Below, in pieces: positions 46,452 through 56,067 of a DNA stretch of 64,000 nucleotides (position 1 is the stretch's first letter; every line of letters starts with the position of its first letter). This stretch comes from a virus. The stretch covers positions 30,905-94,904 of the IMG/VR virus record IMGVR_UViG_3300045988_042533. One strand, written 5' to 3'. Made by a program: the position numbers and the translations under genes. The notes beneath the pieces were generated by a model, which was given only the letters and a program-made list of their open reading frames with translations, did not search any database and had not been told where the DNA came from.

Positions 46452-47861
46452 ATGATTGAAACAGAACTATTTAATGTTGCTGTTAATCAATGGAGAGATA
46501 AAAAAGGTATTGGTACTATGATTTGTCCTAAACCTCTTGATTGTTCTATTCCTTTGATAACAGTATTATCAAATGTACTAACTCGTAGTCCTACTGCTAA
46601 TATATTAATATTAGTAGATGGATTTACTGATAGACTTGAAGTTGTTAATAAGTTTAAAGAATTAAACGATAAAGGAGAAACACTTCTTCTTTCTAAGTTT
46701 AATGATAAACATATTTCTATTTATAGTCAAGATTATAATGATGGTCATGAAAGACAAACTAATGTTTTTCTAACTATATGTTATAAAACTAATACTATAA
46801 GTGAAAGTACTTATACAACTTTATATCTTAGTAGATTTAAACTTGTTATTATAGATAAAGTTTTAGATAATAAATCTATGACTTATTTATCTAAAGTTTG
46901 TCCTACTCTTGATACATTTAGACAACAAGAACTCGATGCAGTTCGCATTAACACCCCCGTAGAAGAATTATTGATACCTTTACGTCTTGATTCTGACTCT
47001 GAAGATGCTAAACTTCTAGATAAATATAACAAAGAAATTTCTACATCTATAAATATATTTGGAAGTTTCGATGTTATGAATGAAGCAAGAATAGGTAATA
47101 GTAAAACTAATACTTCTGCTTTGGATGTATGTAATCGAATTGCTAAAGATAATGGTTGGGATTTAAATCTTGATATGAGTATTGAACTTAATCGTGAAAT
47201 TGATAAGTATTATAATCCAATCGCTATTAATGATAGAGCTTCTAAAACATTTGAATTAATTCGTCTTAGAAGTAATCTTCTTAGTGATAACAACATAAAA
47301 CTTAAAGAAATTAATGATATAGTTGAAGAAAATAAAGATAAGAAAATTCTAATCATTAATAAACGTGGAGAATTTGCTTCTGATGTAACTAACTATCTTA
47401 ATACACTTAATGATAAAGATATATGCGGAAATTATCATGATAAAGTTGAAAACGTTATAGCTATAGATGATAACGGTAATATTATTTATTATAAAAGTGG
47501 TGCTAAGAAAGGACTTCCTAAATATTTAGGTGTTACAAGTCAAAAGAAACAATCTCAACGTAATTTCAATCTTAACAAGATTAATGTACTATCTACTTCT
47601 AATTCTCCTGATAAAGATTTAGATATTGATGTAGATGTTGTCATTATAACAAGTCCTTTGTGTGAGGATATACGTTCTTATTTGTATCGTATGAGCAATC
47701 TAAACGTGTCTAATCCATTGAAACTATATACCTTATATATAAAGGGTACTATGGAAGAAAAACGTATAGAAGAAAGAAAATATGATAGATATAGAACTGT
47801 GTCTACAAAAGAAATTGATGTTGATATTGAAAATAATGATGATTGTGTTGTTGTAGATTAA
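46452..47861 (+). CDS. Replication-module protein, possibly a degenerate SF2 helicase-like ATPase (469 aa)
   Basis: No clean Walker A. LVIIDKV (motif II-like) and KINVLSTSNSPDKDLDIDVDVVIITSP (helicase-C-like) are suggestive only. Confidence 0.3.
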   Translation: MIETELFNVAVNQWRDKKGIGTMICPKPLDCSIPLITVLSNVLTRSPTANILILVDGFTDRLEVVNKFKELNDKGETLLLSKFNDKHISIYSQDYNDGHERQTNVFLTICYKTNTISESTYTTLYLSRFKLVIIDKVLDNKSMTYLSKVCPTLDTFRQQELDAVRINTPVEELLIPLRLDSDSEDAKLLDKYNKEISTSINIFGSFDVMNEARIGNSKTNTSALDVCNRIAKDNGWDLNLDMSIELNREIDKYYNPIAINDRASKTFELIRLRSNLLSDNNIKLKEINDIVEENKDKKILIINKRGEFASDVTNYLNTLNDKDICGNYHDKVENVIAIDDNGNIIYYKSGAKKGLPKYLGVTSQKKQSQRNFNLNKINVLSTSNSPDKDLDIDVDVVIITSPLCEDIRSYLYRMSNLNVSNPLKLYTLYIKGTMEEKRIEERKYDRYRTVSTKEIDVDIENNDDCVVVD

Positions 47862-47911
47862 AATAATGTTTGTATATTTGCAATGTAAAACAAAACAAGC
47901 TCTTTGATATA

Positions 47912-48817
47912 ATGAATAAACAAGAAGAACATAAAGTTGATAATAATCAACTTGTTAAGAGTTCTAGTAATAACTTGAATATAATTAATCTTCTTGATGA
48001 AAAACAATTAGCTGCTGCTGAAGTTTTTCTTAAAAAGATTATTGCTAGTGACAAAGGCGGTGTTAAAAGCGTAAATGAAGGTCTTGCAGTTCTTATGAGA
48101 GCTAATGACTTAAATCTTCCTTTTAGTACTTGTATAGAACATATTCATGTTATTAACGGTAAAACAGGTGTAGATGTACATATCATCAAATCGTTGTTAT
48201 CGAGGGCAGGAGTAACATGGGAAATGAGTAAAGATTATGCTCCTCAGTATCAATATACTGACGGTAATACGATTTATCTTGAAACACAACTTCCCGAATA
48301 TGTTGTGAGATGTAGAACTCCTAAAGAAGCTGAAGAAAAAACTACTGATGATAAAGTAGGTGTTTATCCTCTTAGATATTATGCTGATTTAAAAGGTAAT
48401 ATGTTTAATGAACTTGAACTTAATGCTCAATGTGTTAAATGTATAAATCGTTTTCAAGCTATAACTGTTGCTAAAGAAGGTAAATATCCTGTTGTCAGAG
48501 TTCCAGCTCAACCTATTGATTTTGTAACTGAATATACTTTTAAAAGATATAAAGTTATAAATGGAAAAGAAAGAGAAATAACAGCTAAAGGTCATTTCAG
48601 TTTTACTGAAGCTCAAACTGCTGAATTATTCACTAAAGATACTTATAAAAAGTATGCTAGAATAATGATTGCTAATAGAGCTTTTGTATTTGGAGCTAGA
48701 GATATAGCAGATGATTTGATTATGGGTGTTATGGAAACTAGTGAACTAGATGTAGTAGTTGGTAATTCTAATCCTAGTACCGATTACTATGAAGATTATA
48801 CAGAAATAAAGGATTAA
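47912..48817 (+). CDS. RecT-like single-strand annealing protein (301 aa)
   Basis: ATG at 47912 (MNKQEEHK) is preferred over the TTG at 47870. ...NDLNLPFSTCIEHIHVINGKTGVDVHIIKSLLSRAG and C-terminal YKKYARIMIANRAFVFGARD resemble the RecT core pattern. Similarity judged by eye only. Confidence 0.4.
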   Translation: MNKQEEHKVDNNQLVKSSSNNLNIINLLDEKQLAAAEVFLKKIIASDKGGVKSVNEGLAVLMRANDLNLPFSTCIEHIHVINGKTGVDVHIIKSLLSRAGVTWEMSKDYAPQYQYTDGNTIYLETQLPEYVVRCRTPKEAEEKTTDDKVGVYPLRYYADLKGNMFNELELNAQCVKCINRFQAITVAKEGKYPVVRVPAQPIDFVTEYTFKRYKVINGKEREITAKGHFSFTEAQTAELFTKDTYKKYARIMIANRAFVFGARDIADDLIMGVMETSELDVVVGNSNPSTDYYEDYTEIKD

Positions 48818-48877
48818 ACAACTCCTATTGGAGATAATAATAATTAATTAATTACTAACAATTTAAATTTTACAATT

Positions 48878-49681
48878 ATGACTAATTCAAATTTGAAGTT
48901 CGGTTTCGGTTTCAGTGCTGTTAATGATTCAGTTAAGGCTAGTGCAGTAGAGGTTAAACCTCAGATGATTGTTCGTTCTACTGATGGTGCATTTACACTT
49001 ACAGCTCCAGCTGCTAAAGCTCTTGCTATTGCTCCTGGTGATTATGTAATGTTTATGAACAACATTGACCAGATTGAAGCAGCTATTGCAGCTAAGAATC
49101 CTGATATTGTTAAGTTTGCAGAAGATAATGGTCTTTCACTTGATGTTAAAGCAGATGTTGATTCTATTGTTTCTTCACTTACTCAGTGGGTTATCGCTAA
49201 GGGTATTGCTAAGAAGAAGGCTAATGGTACTCCTATGATGTGTTCTGTTCGTATGACTAAGGCTGATAAGGCTGCTTGGTTGAAGGACAATATGGCTGCA
49301 TTTGTAGCTGAGAATCGTGACGAGCTTATTGCTAAGTATGAGCTTTCTGCTGAAGCTACTGATGAAGAGATTGCTTCTAATGTATCAGTTGATGATGTTG
49401 CTTCTCCAATGGTAGAAGATTTCAAGGGTTGTAAAGTTGCTACTACTTCTTCTGCTACAGGTGTTGGTGTTCAGGTTAACTTTACTTATGCTGCTCTTTG
49501 GAATCAGCTTAAAGCAGACCTTGAGGATAAGAAATCTAAGAATCGTATCTTCGATGTTGACCTTGATACTACTATTAACACTGTAGTAAACAATGGTTTT
49601 GAGGATGTTGATGTAGTTGCATATCCTATCAACTTTGCTGAGGATGTAGACCCAATGCGCCGTGGCGAAAATAAAGACTAA
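48878..49681 (+). CDS. Abundant replication-module protein, possibly AbrB/SpoVT-like DNA-binding at the N-terminus (267 aa)
   Basis: GC-richer, biased codons. STDGAFTLTAPAAKALAIAPGDYVMF resembles the swapped-hairpin pattern (..G.i.iP....alg...GD.v.f). Has its own terminator. Confidence 0.35.
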   Translation: MTNSNLKFGFGFSAVNDSVKASAVEVKPQMIVRSTDGAFTLTAPAAKALAIAPGDYVMFMNNIDQIEAAIAAKNPDIVKFAEDNGLSLDVKADVDSIVSSLTQWVIAKGIAKKKANGTPMMCSVRMTKADKAAWLKDNMAAFVAENRDELIAKYELSAEATDEEIASNVSVDDVASPMVEDFKGCKVATTSSATGVGVQVNFTYAALWNQLKADLEDKKSKNRIFDVDLDTTINTVVNNGFEDVDVVAYPINFAEDVDPMRRGENKD

Positions 49682-49718
49682 TTTCTTGTTTATTTTTAGA
49701 AACTAAATCGTAAATTTG

Positions 49719-49754
49719 AGGGAGAATTAATAGCAATATTAGTTCTCCCTTTTA
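49719..49754 (+). terminator. Rho-independent terminator
   Basis: AGGGAGAA (49719-49726) / TTCTCCCT (49743-49750), followed by TTTTAT. Confidence 0.65.
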
Positions 49755-49797
49755 TATTAATATTAATAGTAATAAACTTTAAAAACTTAATTAAGTT

Positions 49798-50745
49798 ATG
49801 GTAAGTACAGAAAATGCAGCTAATGTACAGGCTGCTAAAAGAGTTAGAAGAGGTGTAAGTAATGCAACTAAAGCTGTTTCTCATCTTAAATTTCATGAGA
49901 AAGATGCAGCAGCTAACGGTTTGTTTGTAGGTCAGCTTTCTGACGTAAGAGTTGAATCATCTGTTAATGCAGATGGTAAGACATTTACAGGTCTTGAAGT
50001 TCCTCGTCTTACATTTGAATTTACTTCTTGTCATGCTAATGCTAATGAGAAAAGATATGTATATCAGACATTATTCCCGATTGAAAGTAATGTTGATACT
50101 ATTCCTGAAGGTAAAGATGAATGGAGAGTTAATGCTGTTCTTGCTTGGATAAAGCATATTCTTGATGTATTCTATCTTAAAGGACGTGAGCTTACTCCAG
50201 CTGAAGAAGATTCTCTTTCTCTTGACTTTGTAGATTATGAGGAGAATAATGGTGTGATTGAATATGTATCTGTTGAACCTGAAACAGTTCTTGCTGCATA
50301 TAAGAAGTTGTTTGAAGCTGCTGCTGCTATGATGAATGGTAGCTATGCAGACAAGGATAAAGAAGCAACTGGTAAACCTTGTTATAAAGATGCTAATGGT
50401 AAACCTCTTCCTGTATGGATGAAGTTACTTCGTTATGTAAAGAACAAGAAAGGCGAGTGGACTGCTGTTTCTCGTGGAGAACTTTCTTTCCCATCATTTG
50501 TAGGTGAAGGTTGTCTTGAGCTTATGAAAGCTAAAGAGTTCCCTAAAGTAATTCGTATTGATGTTACTAAGGAATCTATAACTCCAAAGGAAGTTAAGAA
50601 GACTCCTACTATTGGAACTCCAACAATGCCTGGTATGGCTGGTATGCCTGCTATGGGAGGTGTAGTTGCTGCTCCTGAAGTTAATATTGGTGCAGCTCCT
50701 GCTAATGAAGCATACGAAGGAGCAGGTGGTGATATGCCTTTCTAA
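49798..50745 (+). CDS. Single-stranded DNA-binding-type protein (315 aa)
   Basis: Biased codons. Gly/Pro/Met/Ala-rich flexible tail ending ...EGAGGDMPF, analogous to the bacterial SSB C-terminal tip (DDDIPF). Confidence 0.5.
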   Translation: MVSTENAANVQAAKRVRRGVSNATKAVSHLKFHEKDAAANGLFVGQLSDVRVESSVNADGKTFTGLEVPRLTFEFTSCHANANEKRYVYQTLFPIESNVDTIPEGKDEWRVNAVLAWIKHILDVFYLKGRELTPAEEDSLSLDFVDYEENNGVIEYVSVEPETVLAAYKKLFEAAAAMMNGSYADKDKEATGKPCYKDANGKPLPVWMKLLRYVKNKKGEWTAVSRGELSFPSFVGEGCLELMKAKEFPKVIRIDVTKESITPKEVKKTPTIGTPTMPGMAGMPAMGGVVAAPEVNIGAAPANEAYEGAGGDMPF

Positions 50746-50770
50746 ACTCTAAATAGTACTGCTAATGGTT

Positions 50771-50806
50771 AAGGTGATAGATTAATTTCTATCACCTTTT
50801 ATTTTG
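50771..50806 (+). terminator. Strong rho-independent terminator
   Basis: AAGGTGATAGA (50771-50781) / TCTATCACCTT (50788-50798), followed by TTTTATTTTG. Confidence 0.8.
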
Positions 50807-50864
50807 TTATTACAATTCAAATATTTATATTTGTAATATGAATAACAATTAACATTACAAACAA

Positions 50865-52091
50865 ATGTATAAAAGAACTCCTAATACGTCTAAACTAACT
50901 AAAGCTTTTATTGAATCTAAAATATCTCAAGAAGCTATAGTTAGTAAATATCTTAATATACCTATGGAAGTTGTTCAAGATTGTATCAATCATGGACATC
51001 TAATCAAATCTGTATTTCGTGATGATGATTATAATAAATCTATGGGTATTATATATAACAGAAAAGGAAGACTTAAAGTTCGAGATTTTGGTGGTTTTGG
51101 ATTTTTTGATGATGTATATGGAGTTGTAGCTTATGTATTATCTAATATTTATGATAGACCTATAAGTACTGACAATAAGCAAGATTTTTATTTTGTTCTT
51201 AAACATATAGCTAGTACTTTTTCTGATAATATTGAAGGTAAAGTTATTGATGAAAATGTTGATGAAGATATTGTCAAAGCTTTATCTAAAGGAAGAAGTA
51301 AGAAAGCTATAATAGAAATTGTTCCTAGACCTTGGAATCAACAAGATAAAGCTTATTGGAACTCTATTGGTATTAATCTCAATTTTCTTAATGCTAATTT
51401 TGTTATTCCTGTAGACCAATATTATATTAATCGTGTAACTAATTCAGACCCTAAATATCATTATAAAGAGTCTGACCCTTGTTATGCTTATATGCTTGGT
51501 CAAAATAAGCAAGGTATATATCTGATTAAACTTTATTTTCCTTATAGAGATAGAAGTAAAGAACTTAAATTTATTACTAATTGTAATGTACTTGAAGGAC
51601 TGCCTAATCTTGAAAGAAATGATTATGATTATATTATTATAACTAAATCAAGTAAAGATAGATTAAGTATAGGAAGTCATTTATCATCAACATTCTTCTA
51701 CGGGGGAGCTGGTGATAAACTTCATATAGGTGTCATAAATCTTCCTAGTGAAAATTATAAACTTAAAACTAATGAATATGAGTGGTTAAAGAATAAACTT
51801 AATAAAAATGGTCTTATTGTAAGTCTATTAGATTTTGATACTACAGGTAGATGTGGTGCTAAATATCTATACGATAATTATAATATACCTTATATCTTTA
51901 TTACTAGAGGTGAATTTGGTTTATATAATTATGGTGGTAAAGATTTTAGTGATTTACATAAATGTTATAGTATTAAACAACTTAATCAATTTATTAATGA
52001 AACGATAACCTATGCGGAAATCAAATTTAAAGCTGAAAATAGTCAAGTTTCCTATATGCAGAGACTATCAGAGTTTAATTTGCCGTACTAA
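50865..52091 (+). CDS. Putative primase / Toprim-like replication protein (408 aa)
   Basis: YIIITKSSKDRLSIG and LLDFDTTGRCG (DxD-type) are reminiscent of Toprim. No zinc finger seen. Position in the replication module. Confidence 0.3.
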   Translation: MYKRTPNTSKLTKAFIESKISQEAIVSKYLNIPMEVVQDCINHGHLIKSVFRDDDYNKSMGIIYNRKGRLKVRDFGGFGFFDDVYGVVAYVLSNIYDRPISTDNKQDFYFVLKHIASTFSDNIEGKVIDENVDEDIVKALSKGRSKKAIIEIVPRPWNQQDKAYWNSIGINLNFLNANFVIPVDQYYINRVTNSDPKYHYKESDPCYAYMLGQNKQGIYLIKLYFPYRDRSKELKFITNCNVLEGLPNLERNDYDYIIITKSSKDRLSIGSHLSSTFFYGGAGDKLHIGVINLPSENYKLKTNEYEWLKNKLNKNGLIVSLLDFDTTGRCGAKYLYDNYNIPYIFITRGEFGLYNYGGKDFSDLHKCYSIKQLNQFINETITYAEIKFKAENSQVSYMQRLSEFNLPY

Positions 52092-52116
52092 TAAACATTA
52101 TCATATTGAAATATAT

Positions 52117-52491
52117 ATGACACATATTAATGGTGTTGAAGAAGATAAAATTATGTTTGGAGAAGAACAAGTTCTTAAACGTGGTGATAAATCTTTTAAA
52201 ATATCAAAGAACAATGTTTATTTTTATGGTAGTATAAACTTTAATACTGATAGTCCTGATTATAAAGAGATTGAAACTATGGATATGTTTGATTCTAACG
52301 ACACTAGAGGTATTGAAATTCCTGTAAATTATATTTATAAAACACATAGTGTTATATTAAATATAACTGAAGATAATCCTAAACCTAGGGTTAAAACTAT
52401 TGATACTTTTAATTTTGCTAGAATTTGTCAATATAAACATGGTTGTTTAGGTAAACCAACTAAAGTAGTTGTTTTTAGATATGATAGATAA
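52117..52491 (+). CDS. Hypothetical protein (124 aa from ATG 52117)
   Basis: The track ORF 52012..52491 overlaps the previous gene by 80 nt. ATG 52117 (MTHINGVEEDK) lies just after that gene's stop. Confidence 0.5.
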   Translation: MTHINGVEEDKIMFGEEQVLKRGDKSFKISKNNVYFYGSINFNTDSPDYKEIETMDMFDSNDTRGIEIPVNYIYKTHSVILNITEDNPKPRVKTIDTFNFARICQYKHGCLGKPTKVVVFRYDR

Positions 52492-52912
52492 ACAGTATAT
52501 AAAAGAACTTACAAAAGTTGATGCTGAATTTATTCAACATGAACTTGAAAAAGATACTCCTAATGAAGTAATTCAAGGTTTATTTAAATTTATAGATTGC
52601 TCTAGAAGAAGTCCTCTTGATAATAGAAGACTTATTCAAACAATAGATTTTGCTTATAGACTTTATAATGGTTATATTCTATTTATTTTGACTAATTATA
52701 AAGTTGTTAAAGAAGATGTTGTTAGAGAGAATTGGGAACATATTCATAATAATAATCTTGAATATGAAAAACATTTTCCTAATATCATTTATCAAAAAGC
52801 TAAACCTAAAATTAAAAGAAAGTCTAAAGCTAAAAGTAAACTTGAAGAAGAAAATAAACGTAATATTAATGCTAGAATAAGTGGACTATTTAAATTTAAT
52901 GAAGCAAAATGA
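52469..52912 (+). CDS. Hypothetical protein with basic C-terminus (147 aa)
   Basis: ORF track. KAKPKIKRKSKAKSK tract. Confidence 0.5.
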   Translation: MFLDMIDKQYIKELTKVDAEFIQHELEKDTPNEVIQGLFKFIDCSRRSPLDNRRLIQTIDFAYRLYNGYILFILTNYKVVKEDVVRENWEHIHNNNLEYEKHFPNIIYQKAKPKIKRKSKAKSKLEEENKRNINARISGLFKFNEAK

Positions 52913-54102
52913 AACTTTATAAACGTAATGCTCAAGGTAAAGTTTTAGAATGGGAAATATATAAGAAAGATGATAAGATTATTTGTAATTATGGTCTTTT
53001 TGGTAAAGTTCCTCATACTGAAATATTAAATCCCAAAAGAGTTAAAGCGAATGAAATAGAATCTAGAATTAAAGCTAAACGTAAGGAAGGATATAAAGAA
53101 GCTATTGAACTTAAAGATAATGCTCCAATGGAGATTGCTAAAAGTTCTTTAGCTTCTTTTCTTGATATGTATTTACCTAAAAATAATACTACTCAAGATG
53201 GTTTTGTTCTTCCTATGTTAGCTAAAGTTCTTAAAGATAACAAACCTTTCACTAAAGCTGATTATATAGGTCAATATAAAATCAATGGTCTTAGATGTAT
53301 AATTGGTGCTATTAAAAGTACTGATATGTTTAAACCTGTTAAACTTACATATCACTCTAGAGAAGGTGCTGAATGGAAACAACTATCTTGGATGGATGAT
53401 GTAATTCTTCCTTATATAGGTACTCAATTACTTAATATGATGATTGAAGAAGGTGCTTGTCTTGATGGAGAATTATATCTACCTGGCTATCAAGTTAATG
53501 ATATTAATAGCTTTGTTAAGAACCCATCTCTTCCACAACATTATAAACTTCAATATTGGTGTTATGATATATGTTGTGAAAATATGAATAATGCTATTAG
53601 AGACCAAATTAGATTTAGTCAAATCAATAGATTATCTTATCAATTTGATACTATTAATAGTCATCTTAATAACAAATCACAATTAGTTGTTGTTCCTAAT
53701 GTTGTTATAAATTCTATAGATTCTGCTACATCTTATAGAGATAAATTTATTAATCTTGGTTTTGAAGGTCTTATTGTTAGAAACGTTTATGCTGAATATC
53801 AATTTGGAAAACGTAACTCTGCTATGTTTAAATATAAACGTATAGATGATGGTAAATTTCCTATAATTGATATTATTCCTGAAGGTATTCGTAAAGACCT
53901 TTGTAAACTAGTTCTTAAAAATGATATAAATGAAGAAAGTTTTGAATGTACTCTTAATGCTCCGCATGAGTGTCAAGAAAAGATTCTCAAAGAGAAAGAT
54001 AATTATATTGGACTATATTATGCTATAGTTGAATTTCGTGAAAGAAGTGGAGTTAAACAAGTTCCATTCCATGCTAAAGCTATAGCAATCAAACATAAAT
54101 AA
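52909..54102 (+). CDS. ATP-dependent DNA ligase
   Basis: Nucleotidyltransferase motif I YKINGLR (KxDG-type with N), motif III CLDGELY, motif IV FEGLIVR, motif V AMFKYKR. Confidence 0.75.
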   Translation: MKLYKRNAQGKVLEWEIYKKDDKIICNYGLFGKVPHTEILNPKRVKANEIESRIKAKRKEGYKEAIELKDNAPMEIAKSSLASFLDMYLPKNNTTQDGFVLPMLAKVLKDNKPFTKADYIGQYKINGLRCIIGAIKSTDMFKPVKLTYHSREGAEWKQLSWMDDVILPYIGTQLLNMMIEEGACLDGELYLPGYQVNDINSFVKNPSLPQHYKLQYWCYDICCENMNNAIRDQIRFSQINRLSYQFDTINSHLNNKSQLVVVPNVVINSIDSATSYRDKFINLGFEGLIVRNVYAEYQFGKRNSAMFKYKRIDDGKFPIIDIIPEGIRKDLCKLVLKNDINEESFECTLNAPHECQEKILKEKDNYIGLYYAIVEFRERSGVKQVPFHAKAIAIKHK

Positions 54103-54108
54103 ATTAAT

Positions 54109-54468
54109 ATGAATTTAGCAGCTTATGATAAAATAGATAATAATATTAATCAATCTAATTCTTGGATTGATGTTAAAAGAAGAAAACTAGTGACTAAATG
54201 TCTTCCAAAAAGAAGATATTATTGTATAAGTAAAAGATATGATGATGAAGTCAACATTAATAGATATTTTCTTATTACTTTTGATGATAAACCTACTGAT
54301 AGAAAAGTAAGAATAACAGATGTTGATACTTATGGAAGACAAAGATTTACACTTGGTGATATATGGAATCAAACTATTCTACAATATGCTACATCTGATG
54401 TTTGTGTTCATCTTAATACAGAAGTGACTGCTGATGATGGGGACATATATGAGATTGAGCTTAACTAA
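54109..54468 (+). CDS. Hypothetical protein (119 aa)
   Basis: ORF track. Confidence 0.55.
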   Translation: MNLAAYDKIDNNINQSNSWIDVKRRKLVTKCLPKRRYYCISKRYDDEVNINRYFLITFDDKPTDRKVRITDVDTYGRQRFTLGDIWNQTILQYATSDVCVHLNTEVTADDGDIYEIELN

Positions 54469-54520
54469 CACCCTCGTAGAAGAATGTTGATTGTTTGAAA
54501 ATGGCATGGTTTCTAGCTCA

Positions 54521-54620
54521 TCTGCCGACTTCAAATTGTTCTCCTGATAGATTATTCATCTATCAAGTTATCTCTCGTTAGAATTAAAATTCTGAATATT
54601 TAATTTAAAAATAAAATAAT
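54521..54620 (+). repeat. Intergenic cassette, copy 3 (weaker)
   Basis: TCTGCCGACTTCAAAT matches copy 1 at 15 of 16 positions. Followed by hairpins TGATAGAT/ATCTATCA and AGAAT/ATTCT and an AT-rich TTAATTTAAAAATAAAATAA tract. Confidence 0.4.
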
Positions 54621-54636
54621 TCATATATTTGAAGAT

Positions 54637-56061
54637 ATGAAAAAGGCTATTAAAAAAGTAGGTGCTGAACCTAAAATTAAAAGAAAATTTTATAGAAACG
54701 AAGGATTTCATGTTGGAGTTCATCGTGATGAATGGGGATTATTTGATTCTAAACGTAATCCTTATTGTTTTGTTAATGGTTATTTCTTTACTTATGGAAA
54801 ATGGTTTATTCGTAATCATACTACTTTAGAAGATATTAAAAACTCTTGGGATGATTATTTTTATAATGGTAATATTTATAATGCTTGTTTTGGTATAATA
54901 GATAGAAAACGTAAGATTGCTGTTATTAAGGATGGTAATTATTATTCTTATTATTTAGAACATGCTGTTCCTGATAACTATACTATTTTACATGTTAACG
55001 AAATAAGAGATTTTGATATAACAAAACATCTTCATAAACTTTATACTGAACATTGTAAATATCTTATAGATAGATTTGTTAACCTTAACAGTGATTATTA
55101 TCATGTTGTAAATAATAATAGAGCTAAAGTTATATTTAAATCTAACTATCTTCAAGACCAAATAGATGATGTTGTATACAAACTTGAAAAAGTATCATCT
55201 GAACATAATATATCTAGAACAAAAGATTTATTTGCAGGTAAAGAGCATTTCCTAAATGTAAGTAAAGGCTGGACATCTAAATATATCAAAGTAAAACATC
55301 CTACAATTAATCAGATAATTACAAATACTGTTTTTACTGATGAACAAAAAGCTTATATTGAAAAATGTAAGCTTTACAGTGAATATCGTAGTAATGGTAT
55401 TGTTTGGAAAGATATTCTTACTAAAAGTAAGAAGGAGATTGTAGATAAAGTAGAACAAAAAGAAAGTGAATTTGATGTACGTTGGTCTAAAGCTATTGAA
55501 AGAGGTAAAGAAAATAGAGCAAAAGCTATAAAAGAAGCTAATTCTGAACAAACTCTAGAACAGTTTAGAAATGGTCATATACTTAATAATTATGTTACAT
55601 ATAAGTTCCCCCGTAGAGGACGTAACTTTAGTATACATTGGATGGATGAAATGACTAGAGCTAAATGTTTCAAAAATATTCAACTTAGACTGAATACTAC
55701 AAACAATATTATTACTACAAGTAATAATGCTTCTGTTGACTTATCACAAGCTATTACTCTATTTAATGTTTTGTATGATAAATATTTTAGTCATTATGAT
55801 TATACTAATACTGATGACTACTTTATTGATTTTACAAAAAGAAATATAAAGATAAACTATTATAATCTAAGACATATTTGTTTTACTGAAAAGAAAACTG
55901 ATAATGGTGAAAGATTAGGTTATATGGAATGGAAAATACAAATAGGATGTCATGCTCTTTGGCTTGATGATATTAAAGAATTTTGTAGATATTATCATCT
56001 TGAAGATAGAGTGCATTTTGATTGTAGTGCTAGAAATATTAATCAATTAACTAATAAATAA
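54637..56061 (+). CDS. Hypothetical protein (474 aa)
   Basis: ORF track. No motif assigned. The C-terminal WKIQIGCH...DDIKEF loosely resembles the C-terminus of 58084..58920. Confidence 0.6.
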   Translation: MKKAIKKVGAEPKIKRKFYRNEGFHVGVHRDEWGLFDSKRNPYCFVNGYFFTYGKWFIRNHTTLEDIKNSWDDYFYNGNIYNACFGIIDRKRKIAVIKDGNYYSYYLEHAVPDNYTILHVNEIRDFDITKHLHKLYTEHCKYLIDRFVNLNSDYYHVVNNNRAKVIFKSNYLQDQIDDVVYKLEKVSSEHNISRTKDLFAGKEHFLNVSKGWTSKYIKVKHPTINQIITNTVFTDEQKAYIEKCKLYSEYRSNGIVWKDILTKSKKEIVDKVEQKESEFDVRWSKAIERGKENRAKAIKEANSEQTLEQFRNGHILNNYVTYKFPRRGRNFSIHWMDEMTRAKCFKNIQLRLNTTNNIITTSNNASVDLSQAITLFNVLYDKYFSHYDYTNTDDYFIDFTKRNIKINYYNLRHICFTEKKTDNGERLGYMEWKIQIGCHALWLDDIKEFCRYYHLEDRVHFDCSARNINQLTNK

Positions 56062-56067
56062 ATAATT

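Noticed and set aside
52012-52116. N-terminal extension of track ORF 52012..52491, and the TTG start at 47870 of track ORF 47870..48817
   Set aside because: The extensions overlap the preceding gene or a likely promoter box. In-frame ATGs at 52117 and 47912 lie just past the upstream stops, so these are used instead.
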